Part shown: piece by piece, positions 48,137 through 57,220 of the stretch
How the letters are laid out: the number at the start of each line of letters is the position of its first letter
Position numbering within the stretch: position 1 is the stretch's first letter
Translations under genes and position numbers: made by a program
Source: an uncultured Gemmatimonadales bacterium
GTDB taxonomy: Bacteria; Gemmatimonadota; Gemmatimonadetes; Gemmatimonadales; GWC2-71-9
Length of the DNA stretch: 64,000 nt
Reading direction: 5' to 3'
Assembly (NCBI GenBank): GCA_965652025.1
Contig: CBFGTM010000010.1
Span: 3,097-67,096, forward strand
Notes under the pieces: model-generated
Database searches by the model: none
Told to the model about the DNA's origin: nothing
What the model saw: only the letters and a program-made list of their open reading frames with translations

Positions 48137-48928
48137 ATGCTGCCACGAATAACCGCTTTTGCCGCTCTTGCCGCTGGCGTGGGTCTACCGGCCTCGGTGT
48201 TCGAGCCGGCCTCTGCCCCGACCCGTGCCAAGTATCAGATCGATCAGACCCTGGAGCAGGAGATAGATGCCAGCGGCGCCGGCGGGTCCAAGGAGAAGCT
48301 GAGCTTCAGGACCAGCAGCTTTGTCACCGTTCTCCTGGCCGATAGCGCCGGCGGCAAAGCCATGCGGGTCGTTATCGATTCAGTGCGGGGCGACAGTGCC
48401 ACACCGATTCCCCGAGCCGTGCTGGATAGCGTGCGAGGTGCCGAGTTTCATGGCTTCCTCAACCGAGCCGGCAAGCCCAGTGGCCTGGAGCCTTCAGGCA
48501 AGGTTCCCGCGGCAACCCAGATCCAGAGCCTGCTGAGCGACTTCTTTCCCTGGGTCAAGGTCGGGTTGAAGCCGGGCCAAAGCTGGAGCGACACCACCTC
48601 GAAGAGCAACGGGAGCGGGTCGGACAGCGTAACAGTGAGCCGGATCAGCGCCTACAAGGCGGCGACCTCCACCCGGGATTCGCGCAAGGCCATTGTGGTT
48701 CAACAGGACTTCAAGTCATCGGTATCCGGCACCCAGCCTACTCCAAACGGCCCTGCGAAGATCGAAGGCACCGGCAGCGGCAGTGGCTCCTACTATGTCA
48801 CCCCCGATGGCCGCTACCTGGGCGGGAGTTGGCAGCAGCAGTCCACCCTGCGGATCTCGGGCTCGTTCGCCCCGAAGCCGCTGCCCATTACCGTGGTGCA
48901 GCGAACCGAAGTGCGCGCGCTCAAGTGA
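48137..48928 (+). CDS. Secreted beta-rich hypothetical protein
   Basis: Signal peptide; FFP....LKPGQSWSDT motif; paralogous to the next gene. Confidence 0.7.
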   Translation: MLPRITAFAALAAGVGLPASVFEPASAPTRAKYQIDQTLEQEIDASGAGGSKEKLSFRTSSFVTVLLADSAGGKAMRVVIDSVRGDSATPIPRAVLDSVRGAEFHGFLNRAGKPSGLEPSGKVPAATQIQSLLSDFFPWVKVGLKPGQSWSDTTSKSNGSGSDSVTVSRISAYKAATSTRDSRKAIVVQQDFKSSVSGTQPTPNGPAKIEGTGSGSGSYYVTPDGRYLGGSWQQQSTLRISGSFAPKPLPITVVQRTEVRALK

Positions 48929-49815
48929 GCCGCACCGTGCTTCGCGGGTCGCTGGCCCTGGCGTGCCTGGCTGGGATGGCGTGCAGCTCCGGCACCTCCG
49001 GACCCAACCAGCCCGGGACCCCGTCTCCCGAGCCGGGCAATCCCCCGATCGGAACACCGGCCACTGAAGGCGGAATTATTTACCTACCGGTGCGCGATGC
49101 GGGGTACGCGCTGATACGACACGACAGCCTTTCCCTCCAACTTCCCGGGGGAGGCAACCAGCTCCAGCTGATCGACCGCACAGCCTATCTGCGCCTGACG
49201 CTCGGCCCCGACACCAATGGATACCTGGTCACCATTGTACTGGACTCGCTCCAGGCATCAGTCGGAGGAGTACCTGCGGTACTGGACTCCATCCTGCCGG
49301 CAAAGGGTACCCGCTGGACCGGATTCCTGACGCCGGCCGGAGAGCTGTCGGCGCTAAAGGCCGACCGGTCGAGCACCCTAGGCGACCAGATCGGCAGCAA
49401 TCTCAGGACGCTCTTCCCTACCCTTCCGCCGGGTGGGGTGAAATCCGGGATGGAGTGGACCGACACCACCGAAGTTCCCATCCGGGCCGATGCCTTCGAC
49501 GCGGTCGAGCGCTCCCTCACCCGGTATCGGGCCACCGACAGCGACGACCCCCGGGTCAAGAAGGCGGTGAAGTTGGAATCGAGTGGAACGTACCAGCGGT
49601 CGGGCAAGGGAACCCAGTACGATCAACAGCTGGAGATGACCGCCTCCGGCTCCCGCTCGACCGTGTACCTGATGGGTCAGGATGGGATGCTGGTGTCGGC
49701 CCGGGGGAGCGACGCGGGCGACATGACTATCACCGTACCGGCGGTAGGACAGACTGTACCTGTCAAGCAAACCGGGACCTACACCATTACTGGATTCCGC
49801 CCCGGCAAACACTAG
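48925..49815 (+). CDS. Beta-rich hypothetical lipoprotein
   Basis: GTGA overlap; lipobox-like GMAC; LFPTLP...VKSGMEWTDT. Confidence 0.7.
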   Translation: MSRTVLRGSLALACLAGMACSSGTSGPNQPGTPSPEPGNPPIGTPATEGGIIYLPVRDAGYALIRHDSLSLQLPGGGNQLQLIDRTAYLRLTLGPDTNGYLVTIVLDSLQASVGGVPAVLDSILPAKGTRWTGFLTPAGELSALKADRSSTLGDQIGSNLRTLFPTLPPGGVKSGMEWTDTTEVPIRADAFDAVERSLTRYRATDSDDPRVKKAVKLESSGTYQRSGKGTQYDQQLEMTASGSRSTVYLMGQDGMLVSARGSDAGDMTITVPAVGQTVPVKQTGTYTITGFRPGKH

Positions 49816-49833
49816 TCGGCTGAACCGGTGGGG

Positions 49834-50328
49834 CTAGAAGACCGTATCCGGATCTCGCCCCAGCTCCTGAACGCTCCGCACCGGCGGGTTCTCCGCTGAC
49901 GGCTGGTCGGCTTCCTCCGATCGACGCAGTCGGCTGATCCGATCTACAGCGCCGACCTTGATTCGTCCCAGCCTGCCGGCCAGACGCTCCCGGGTAGCAG
50001 GGCCGCTCTCCGGATTGAGAACGGCGGCAAGTCCGGCCCCAACCAGAAAGCCGGCCAGGCCCATCAGCCGCTTTTCCCGGCGGGACTGATTTCTCCGCCG
50101 CCCCAGCTCTCGCTGCAGCTGGCCGACGGTTCCGGCTGCTTCTCCCCCGATGCTGCGGAGCCCTTGTCCTACGCGGCGGCGGGTACGGGCGCCGGATTCC
50201 GGCGCCAACAGCAGAGCCGCGCCGGCGCCGAGCGCCGCGGCAATCACGGCCAACGCCACGAACCCGCCACCACCCTCGGACCCCTCACCCGGGGTGCCGT
50301 TTTCCAAGCTGAGTTGTTCGTCGGACAT
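49834..50328 (-). CDS. YtxH-domain protein (two YtxH-like motifs)
   Basis: GAGAALLLAPESGARTR and GAGLAAVLNPESGPATR. Confidence 0.75.
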   Translation of the reverse strand: MSDEQLSLENGTPGEGSEGGGGFVALAVIAAALGAGAALLLAPESGARTRRRVGQGLRSIGGEAAGTVGQLQRELGRRRNQSRREKRLMGLAGFLVGAGLAAVLNPESGPATRERLAGRLGRIKVGAVDRISRLRRSEEADQPSAENPPVRSVQELGRDPDTVF

Positions 50329-50345
50329 AGGGGCCTCCAGTCGGG

Positions 50346-51461
50346 CTAATCGACTAACCTGAGCGGCATGACGAGGGCGAGATAGCTGGCCGGATCGTCC
50401 CAGCCCACCGGCTCGCAGGTGGCCGCACGCTCGGGCGCCTTGAAGGTCATGCGTACTTCATCGGTCGGGATGTATTTCAGGATCTCGAGGAGGTACGCGG
50501 CATTGAATCCGATCTCCAGCGGATCTCCCTCATAGCTCACGCTGACTTCTTCCTGGGCCTCTCCCAGGTCAGGAGTCTGGACCGACAGCTTGCATGACCC
50601 GTTGGCAAACGCCATCCGGATCCGGTGGGTCTGATCGCTCGCCACGATGCTCATCCGCCGGAGCGCAGCGGTGAGCGCGGTCTTGTCGGCCGTGGCTACC
50701 TTGTCGTTTTCCCGGGGAATGACCTGCTCGTAATTGGGATAGGGGCCTTCGATCAGCCGGGTAAAGATCTGGGTGGAACTGGAGCGGAAGCCGAGATGGT
50801 TCTCACTCCGGGCGATCTCGACTGTCTCGTCGGTGCCGAAGAGACGCCGGATCTGCTCCAGCGCCTTGGGAGGAACGATCAAGTCGGCCTGCGCCGCGCC
50901 CGAGCTCTCGGTGGTGGGTACATCCATCCGGGCGAGCCGGTGCCCGTTGGTAGCTACCATACGCATGCGCTCTGGGCGAAGCTCCCACAGCACGCCATTG
51001 AGGATGGGGCGACTTTCTTCGGTGCTGGCCGCAAAGGCCACGTGGCTGATCAGCTTCTGCAGCGCTCCCGAGGAGGTGCGCCAGCCGCCGTCGAACTTGA
51101 GGTTGGGGAAGGCCGGAAACTCCTCCCGGGGAAGCCCCAGCAACCGGAACCGGGACCGTCCGCATTCGATGCTGACTCGCTGCTCGCCCGAAGCGGTAAG
51201 ACGGATGGCGGCACTGGGAAGCTCCCGGACAATCTCGACCAGCTTGCGAGCCGGCAGGGTGATGGCGCCATCCTGATCGATCGATGCGGGCACCGTGGTA
51301 CTCACCGAAATGTCCAGATCGGTTCCGGACAGCCGGATCCCGTCCTTGGTAGCCTCGAGGAGGATATTCGAGAGGATGGGCAGAGTTGTCTTCGCAGGAA
51401 CGGAGGCGGCTACGGCAACGAGTCCCTCCTGCAGCTGTTCCCGCGTTATCGTGAGCTTCAT
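50346..51461 (-). CDS. dnaN: DNA polymerase III beta sliding clamp
   Basis: TLPILSNIL, GTDL, SRPILNG, ATNGHRLA, RLIEGPYPNY, IGFNAAYL, VMPLRL. Confidence 0.98.
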   Translation of the reverse strand: MKLTITREQLQEGLVAVAASVPAKTTLPILSNILLEATKDGIRLSGTDLDISVSTTVPASIDQDGAITLPARKLVEIVRELPSAAIRLTASGEQRVSIECGRSRFRLLGLPREEFPAFPNLKFDGGWRTSSGALQKLISHVAFAASTEESRPILNGVLWELRPERMRMVATNGHRLARMDVPTTESSGAAQADLIVPPKALEQIRRLFGTDETVEIARSENHLGFRSSSTQIFTRLIEGPYPNYEQVIPRENDKVATADKTALTAALRRMSIVASDQTHRIRMAFANGSCKLSVQTPDLGEAQEEVSVSYEGDPLEIGFNAAYLLEILKYIPTDEVRMTFKAPERAATCEPVGWDDPASYLALVMPLRLVD

Positions 51462-51705
51462 GCCACTCCTCGGAATGCTAAGACCAGATACTACTCTTCG
51501 TATTAAAAAACTTAGTAGCCGTAGTAGAGGGTCTGGAAATGTTGACCGTTACCTTAATGATACTGCGCCGTCCGACTTAAGGGGGTGAACCGCTGTCGAA
51601 AGCATGTGTGCCATGGGGACGCGGCCCCGGTGAATTCTTCTCCTATCCACTGATTCCATACTGCCCACACGGGCCGAGATTCCGCGGGGATTATTCTGCG
51701 GACAA
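51462..51705. other. Replication origin (oriC) unwinding region between dnaA and dnaN
   Basis: AT-rich TATTAAAAAA, TAG-TAG-CCG-TAG-TAG trios (51513-51527), G-rich linker, then degenerate DnaA-box-like 9-mers. Confidence 0.75.
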
Positions 51706-53073
51706 CTCCTGGCGGGCGTGCTCGACGCGCTCGCGAAAGCCACGATCGCGCGACATCTGACGGCTCACCTTATCGACGCTATGGATCACCGTCGAGTGGT
51801 CGCGGCCGCCGAAGGCCTGGCCGATCTCGACCAGCTGCATCTCCAGCAGCTCCCGCGCGAGATACATCGCAATCTGCCGGGGCACCGTGAGGGTCTTGAT
51901 GCGCGCCTTGGAGCGAAGTCCCTCGGGTGTCACCCCCCAGCGGCGGGCCACTACTTCCTGCACCTTATTGATGGAGGGCATGGCGCGGGGGGTGGCGGTT
52001 CCATCCTCGCCCGGCCGGATCTTATCGGACAGGGCCTCGCGGGCCAGCTCGATGGATACCTCCTTGTGCTTCAGGGAGGCGAACAGCAGGAGCTTGATGA
52101 TGCAACCCTCGAGCTCGCGCACGTTGGAACGGACGTGCTCGGCGATGAACCGGAGCACGTCGTCCGGGATGGTAAGCTCCAAGTGGTCCTGCTCCTGCTT
52201 CTTCCGCAGGATGGCGATACGGTGCTCCAGGTCGGGCTGGCCGATATCGGCCACCATGCCCCACTCGAAGCGGCTGACCAGGCGGGCCTCCAGACCGGGC
52301 AGCTCCTTGGGCGGCCGGTCCGAGGTCAGCACGATCTGCTTGTTTCCTTCGTAGAGAGCATTGAAGGTATGGAAGAACTCCTCCTGGGTCATTTCCTTGC
52401 CCTCGAGGAAATGCACGTCGTCCACCAGGAAGAGGTCCACGTCCATCCGATAGCGCCGGCGGAACTCCGGCATGGTCCGACTGTGGATGCTCTCGATCAC
52501 TTCATTGATGAACTGCTCCGCGCCGACGTAGAGCACCCGGGTGTCGGGATGGCGTTCGATCACTGCATGGGCAATCGCCTGCATCAGGTGGGTCTTGCCC
52601 AGCCCGGTGGCGCCGTAGATGAAGAGCGGGTTGTAGGTCTTTCCGGGCGATTCGGCCGCAGCGTGGGCCGCCGCGGCGGCGAGCTCGTTCGACTTCCCGA
52701 TGACGAACGTATCGAAGGTATAGCGCTCGTTGAGCGGCTGGGTGCTGGGGTTGACCTGGGTCCCGGTAGCGGCCGGGCTCGAGGGGGCCACGAAGAAATC
52801 CATCTGGGGCCGCTTCTGCCGGTCCTCGTTGACTCGAAAGACCACGGACGTCGGCTGGCCCAGCAGCGGCTCCGCCAGACGGGAGAGGATGGTGGCGTGC
52901 TTGGTTTCGTTCCACTCTACCGCGAACTGATCGGGGGCACCGACGATCAGGCGGCCCTCATCCAGGGCGATGGCCTCCGTCGGCTCGAGCCACGTACGAA
53001 TCGTGTGGTCGGGAAGTTCGCGATGCGCCTCGTCGAGAATGCGCTTCCAGGCGTCTTTGGCAGACAGCTGCAT
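51691..53073 (-). CDS. dnaA: Chromosomal replication initiator DnaA
   Basis: [51 protein letters not shown]. Confidence 0.99.
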   Translation of the reverse strand: MQLSAKDAWKRILDEAHRELPDHTIRTWLEPTEAIALDEGRLIVGAPDQFAVEWNETKHATILSRLAEPLLGQPTSVVFRVNEDRQKRPQMDFFVAPSSPAATGTQVNPSTQPLNERYTFDTFVIGKSNELAAAAAHAAAESPGKTYNPLFIYGATGLGKTHLMQAIAHAVIERHPDTRVLYVGAEQFINEVIESIHSRTMPEFRRRYRMDVDLFLVDDVHFLEGKEMTQEEFFHTFNALYEGNKQIVLTSDRPPKELPGLEARLVSRFEWGMVADIGQPDLEHRIAILRKKQEQDHLELTIPDDVLRFIAEHVRSNVRELEGCIIKLLLFASLKHKEVSIELAREALSDKIRPGEDGTATPRAMPSINKVQEVVARRWGVTPEGLRSKARIKTLTVPRQIAMYLARELLEMQLVEIGQAFGGRDHSTVIHSVDKVSRQMSRDRGFRERVEHARQELSAE

Positions 53074-53113
53074 CGGTACTCGAAAACGGAAGGAAATTTT
53101 CTAAGGGCGAGAG

Positions 53114-53142
53114 ATGTTACGGGCGAGATATTAAAATGTCAA
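53114..53142 (-). promoter_or_regulatory. sigma70-type dnaA promoter
   Basis: Minus strand TTGACA-17 nt-TAACAT, 40 nt upstream of the dnaA ATG. Confidence 0.75.
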
Positions 53143-53187
53143 TCGGGTCTTGACAGAAAATGCCACTTTCAAAATCAAAGAACATTT

Positions 53188-53224
53188 CTTTCCACCCTTG
53201 TCCACGTTCTCAACTTTCTCCACG
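53188..53224 (+). promoter_or_regulatory. Tandem array of four degenerate DnaA-box-like 9-mers
   Basis: CTTTCCACC, TTGTCCACG, TTCTCAACT, TTCTCCACG head-to-tail in the dnaA-rpmH spacer. Confidence 0.55.
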
Positions 53225-53290
53225 CCGAATTCCTCGCTCACGCAACCGCTCCGCCCTCGCGATCCTCGCCGTCCGCGCTGTCCCTTTGCC

Positions 53291-53320
53291 TTGACCCCTT
53301 CCCGCTTTCCCGGCTACTTT
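53291..53320 (+). promoter_or_regulatory. Candidate sigma70-type promoter of the rpmH operon
   Basis: TTGACC-18 nt-TACTTT, then GGGAGG SD before the rpmH ATG. Confidence 0.55.
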
Positions 53321-53346
53321 TCTCGGCTCACTTGGGAGGGAGCGCC

Positions 53347-53508
53347 ATGAAGCCATCGTACCGGCCGCGGAACAAGCGTCGCATCAACAAGCATGGATTT
53401 CGCGCCCGGATGGCGACCCGCTGGGGTCGTGCGGTGTTGTCGCGGAGGCGCAAGAAAGGGCGGAAGCGGCTGACCGTCTCCCTCCCATCGAAGCACGGAG
53501 GCTCCTGA
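53347..53508 (+). CDS. rpmH: 50S ribosomal protein bL34 with short C-terminal extension
   Basis: [44 protein letters not shown] + SLPSKHGGS. Confidence 0.96.
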   Translation: MKPSYRPRNKRRINKHGFRARMATRWGRAVLSRRRKKGRKRLTVSLPSKHGGS

Positions 53509-53857
53509 GGTTTCGGCGCGGCTGCCGCGGGGCCATCGGCTCTCTCGCGCATCCGACATCCGCCGCTGCCTCTCCCATGGCCGGCGTCGCCGCCTCGAGC
53601 ATGTGGACATGATCTGGATGGACAATCCCGCGGGCCAGCCGCGACTGGGGCTGATCGTACCGAAGTTCCAGGCCTCCGCGGTGGCCCGCAACCGTTTGCG
53701 CCGGCGGCTGCGGGAGATCTGGCGACGGGACCTTCAAGCGCAGCAGCCAGGATGGGACTTGCTGATCCGGGCCCGCCGCGAAGCCTATGAAGCCGGGTTC
53801 GACATTCTCCGCGGTCAGCTCCTGGCCTGGCGTGACGCTGTGCTCACGGCTCGATGA
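53507..53857 (+). CDS. rnpA: RNase P protein component (start unresolved)
   Basis: RLGLIVPK...[13 protein letters not shown] (RNR motif); typical N-terminal [13 protein letters not shown] lies upstream of the first GTG (53603). Confidence 0.88.
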   Translation, partial: EVSARLPRGHRLSRASDIRRCLSHGRRRRLEHVDMIWMDNPAGQPRLGLIVPKFQASAVARNRLRRRLREIWRRDLQAQQPGWDLLIRARREAYEAGFDILRGQLLAWRDAVLTAR

Positions 53858-54093
53858 GCCTGGAGCATGGACTTCGGATGGTCCCCCGGCGGGCACTGGC
53901 CGGCGCGATTCGCGGCTACCAGATCGCGGTGTCTCCTCTCCTTCCGCCCAGCTGTCGCTTTACTCCGTCATGCTCGCAGTACGCGCTCGAGGCCGTGACC
54001 CGACACGGCGCCCTCAAGGGAAGCTGGCTGGCCGGGAGGCGTCTGGTTCGATGCCATCCGTTTCATCCCGGCGGCTTTGATCCCGTCCCGTAA
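53854..54093 (+). CDS. yidD: Membrane protein insertion efficiency factor YidD
   Basis: YQ..VSP...[12 protein letters not shown]...[14 protein letters not shown]. Confidence 0.95.
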   Translation: MSLEHGLRMVPRRALAGAIRGYQIAVSPLLPPSCRFTPSCSQYALEAVTRHGALKGSWLAGRRLVRCHPFHPGGFDPVP

Positions 54094-54108
54094 TCCGTGA
54101 ACTGACCA

Positions 54109-55860
54109 ATGGACCGCCGTACCATCTGGGCCATACTGCTGATGATGGCCATCGCTATAGCACCGGCCATCTTCATGAAGAGACCGGCGCCGACTCCTCG
54201 CGGGGAAGCGGGGAAGCGGGGAAGCGGGGAAGTTGCGACCGACAGGGCACCTCGTCGTTCCCTTCCTAAGGGGCAAGACAGTGTGTCTCTTGCTCCGGCG
54301 GCCCGGGACACTGGTAAGGCCGGGCCTACCCCGCTTCCCCACGTCCCGGCTTCCTCGCCAGCCGAGGACACCGTCCGGATCATCTCGCCGCTCTACTCCT
54401 ACGGCATAAGCACCCGGGGCGGGCGCTTGGTGGATGCCACGCTGCCGCGCTACCGGTCGATGGCCCCGACGGATGGACGCCGGCCGGCGCAGATCCTCCC
54501 GCCTAACAGCCGACTGTTGGGCCTGACGCTGGTGCTCGGTCGGGACACCATCTCACTGGACGACTGGCCCTTCAGCGTCTCAGCGGAGAGTTTGGTGGTG
54601 AGCGGTCCCACGCCTCTCCGCCTGAGCTCCAGCCGCAACGAGGTGCAGGTCGACCTGACGTACACCTTCCGTCCGGATGATTACCGAATCGATGTGAGCG
54701 GTAAGGTGAGCGGGGTCGGGCCCAACGGCGGCCTGCTGCTGGTGGGCATGGGGCCCACCATCGCCAATACCGAGGCGGACTCGAACGAGAATCACCGCTC
54801 CCTGGCACTGGTCACCAAGCACGACGAGACCGAGCGGGTGGATTTCGGGGGACTCAAGCCGGGCGAGCCCAAGACCGTCAGCGGCCCACTCGAATGGGCG
54901 GCGGTCAAGTCCAAATACTTCGTTACCGGCGTTCTCGCCTTCGATAGCACCGGAGGCGGCATCAGTGGGGTGACCGCGACGGCCCTACCGGTCACCGGTA
55001 AGAATCCGACCGCAGCCGACGTCCGACTCAGTCTCCCGCTCCCGCCCAGCGGCAGCTTCCAGTACTCGGTCTACGCGGGCCCAATGGAGTACGACCGCCT
55101 GCGCCGCATCGGGCACGGCTTCGACGACGTGAATCCCTATGGGTGGCCCGGATTCCGGACCGTCATCCGTCCCCTCGCCGCAGGCGTCCGCTGGCTGCTG
55201 GTCTGGATGCACGAGCACCTGTACCTCGCGTATGGTCTGGTGCTGATCAGCTTTGGCATCCTGGTTCGGGTGCTGCTCTGGCCGCTCAACCAGAAGGCCA
55301 TGCGGGCCAACATGCAGCTCCAGGCGGTCCAGCCCCTGATGAAGGAGATCCAGGAGAAGTACAAGAACGATCCCCAGAAGGTTCAGCAGGAGATGTTCAA
55401 GCTATACAAGGAGCACGGGGTCAACCCGCTGGGCGGCTGCTGGCCGATGCTGCTTCCCATGCCGGTACTGTTTGCCCTCTTCTTCGTGTTCCAGAACACG
55501 ATCGAGCTCCGGGGGGCGTCGTTCCTGTGGCTGCCGGACCTGTCGCGGCCCGATCCGCTCTACATCATCCCGGTCATTATGGGGCTCTCCATGTACGGGC
55601 TGAGCAAGGTGGGCCAGATGGGCATGGAGCCCAATCCCCAGGCCAAGATGATGCTCTACATCATGCCGGTCATGATGACGTTCCTGTTCCTCAATTTCGC
55701 CTCGGGACTGAACCTCTATTACGCCGTCAGCAACATCGCCAGCATCCCGCAGCAGTGGCTGCTGGCCCGGGAGCGCCAGCGCCGCACCGCCAGGGCAATC
55801 GTGGAAGTGAAAACCAAGAAGCCAGAGCCCAAGGCAAAGCGGGCCCGGAGAAACGCGTAA
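54109..55860 (+). CDS. yidC: Membrane protein insertase YidC
   Basis: MDRRTI TM1, periplasmic domain, YG..LI, LYKEHGVNPLGGCWP, ELRGA.FLWLPDLS.PDP, SGLNLYY. Confidence 0.97.
   Translation: MDRRTIWAILLMMAIAIAPAIFMKRPAPTPRGEAGKRGSGEVATDRAPRRSLPKGQDSVSLAPAARDTGKAGPTPLPHVPASSPAEDTVRIISPLYSYGISTRGGRLVDATLPRYRSMAPTDGRRPAQILPPNSRLLGLTLVLGRDTISLDDWPFSVSAESLVVSGPTPLRLSSSRNEVQVDLTYTFRPDDYRIDVSGKVSGVGPNGGLLLVGMGPTIANTEADSNENHRSLALVTKHDETERVDFGGLKPGEPKTVSGPLEWAAVKSKYFVTGVLAFDSTGGGISGVTATALPVTGKNPTAADVRLSLPLPPSGSFQYSVYAGPMEYDRLRRIGHGFDDVNPYGWPGFRTVIRPLAAGVRWLLVWMHEHLYLAYGLVLISFGILVRVLLWPLNQKAMRANMQLQAVQPLMKEIQEKYKNDPQKVQQEMFKLYKEHGVNPLGGCWPMLLPMPVLFALFFVFQNTIELRGASFLWLPDLSRPDPLYIIPVIMGLSMYGLSKVGQMGMEPNPQAKMMLYIMPVMMTFLFLNFASGLNLYYAVSNIASIPQQWLLARERQRRTARAIVEVKTKKPEPKAKRARRNA
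54200..54358. repeat. Inverted array of 8-bp tandem repeats (4+4) inside yidC
   Basis: (GCGGGGAA)x4 at 54200-54231; TACCCCGC-TTCCCCAC-GTCCCGGC-TTCCTCGC at 54327-54358. Confidence 0.8.
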
Positions 55861-55881
55861 CCTGGTCCCGGTAGCCCCAGT

Positions 55882-57207
55882 ATGCTGTCGGATCCCATTG
55901 CTGCGCTGGCTACTCCACCGGGTCGTTCGGCTCTTGCGGTCATCCGCCTGAGCGGCGCCGGCGCCTTCGATATCGCTCGCCGGGTCATTGCCGGGTTCAG
56001 GGCCGAGCCCGCCCGGCGCGCGACCCTCGCCCCCTTCCGAACCGCGGACGGCAAGCTGATCGACCAGGGGGTATACGTCACCTACCCTGGGCCCCACAGC
56101 TACACCGGTGAGGATCTGGTGGAGCTCTCCTGTCACGGGGGGCTCCTGGTGCCTGGCCGCCTGCTTGCCGCCATCCACGCGGCCGGCGCCCGACCTGCTG
56201 CACCAGGGGAGTTCACCCGGCGGGCCGTCCTCAACGGCAAGCTCGATCTTCTCCAGGCGGAAGCGGTGGGAGATCTGATCGATGCTACCGCACCGGTTCA
56301 GGCCGCTGCGGCCCTGCGCCAGTTGGAGGGCGGGCTGTCACGCCGGCTCAGCGAGCTGCGCAATGCGCTGGTCGAGTTGCAAGCGCAGCTCAGCTACCAG
56401 ATCGACTTTCCGGAGGAGGACGACGGCCCCATCCCCCCGGAGCGGATCCGGGAAGGGGCCCAGGCGGTGGCGGACCAGATCCGTCATCTAGTGGAGACGG
56501 CACCGTCCGCTGAGCGCCTGCGCGAGGGAGCACTCCTGGTATTTGCGGGGCGGCCAAACGTCGGGAAGTCGTCGCTGTTCAATGCTCTCCTGGGGGTAGA
56601 CCGGGCCCTGGTGACCGAAATCCCGGGGACTACGCGGGATACCATCGAGGCCCACAGCGACTTCCTGGGGTGGCCGGTCCGCCTGGCAGACACAGCAGGG
56701 TTGTGGGACGCGCCGGAGCGAATCGATCGCCTGGGTATCGAAGTCAGCCGCCGCTATCTCGCCGGAGCGGATCTGGTCCTGCTGTGCGTCGAATCGGGAA
56801 GACCGCTAGAAGAGGATGAACGCGCGATCGCCGCCGAACGTCCGGCCTTGCTGATCCGAACGAAGGCCGATCTGGCTGGGGAGCCCGGGGAAGGATTGCC
56901 CGTCTCCGCCTTGACCGGTAAAGGCTTGGAGGGCCTCCGGCGGGCTGCGGCCGAACGGGTCTTCTCCGACCGGATCCGGCTCGGAGATCTCGAGCCGGCG
57001 CTCACCCGGGAGCGACATCGGGTGGCGTTGGTCCGTGCCGGAGAAGCCCTCAGTGCATCGCTCCCCCACCTCGATCCGGGCGGAGACGCGGTCCTGGCGG
57101 CGCATCATGTCGGGGAGGCAAGCGCCGCCCTCGACGAGCTGCTCGGCGCGGTTGACGTGGAGGAAGTGCTGGATCGGGTGTTTGCGAGTTTCTGCGTAGG
57201 AAAGTGA
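55882..57207 (+). CDS. mnmE: tRNA modification GTPase MnmE (TrmE)
   Basis: IAALATP, SYTGED, GEFTRRA.LNGK, GRPNVGKSS, GTTRD, DTAG, C-terminal FCVGK. Confidence 0.97.
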   Translation: MLSDPIAALATPPGRSALAVIRLSGAGAFDIARRVIAGFRAEPARRATLAPFRTADGKLIDQGVYVTYPGPHSYTGEDLVELSCHGGLLVPGRLLAAIHAAGARPAAPGEFTRRAVLNGKLDLLQAEAVGDLIDATAPVQAAAALRQLEGGLSRRLSELRNALVELQAQLSYQIDFPEEDDGPIPPERIREGAQAVADQIRHLVETAPSAERLREGALLVFAGRPNVGKSSLFNALLGVDRALVTEIPGTTRDTIEAHSDFLGWPVRLADTAGLWDAPERIDRLGIEVSRRYLAGADLVLLCVESGRPLEEDERAIAAERPALLIRTKADLAGEPGEGLPVSALTGKGLEGLRRAAAERVFSDRIRLGDLEPALTRERHRVALVRAGEALSASLPHLDPGGDAVLAAHHVGEASAALDELLGAVDVEEVLDRVFASFCVGK

Positions 57208-57220
57208 AGGGTGAAACTTT

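Noticed and set aside
51718-53508. 596-aa plus-strand ORF ending in the bL34 sequence
   Set aside because: It is the antisense shadow of dnaA that happens to run in frame into rpmH; rpmH has its own promoter, SD and ATG at 53347
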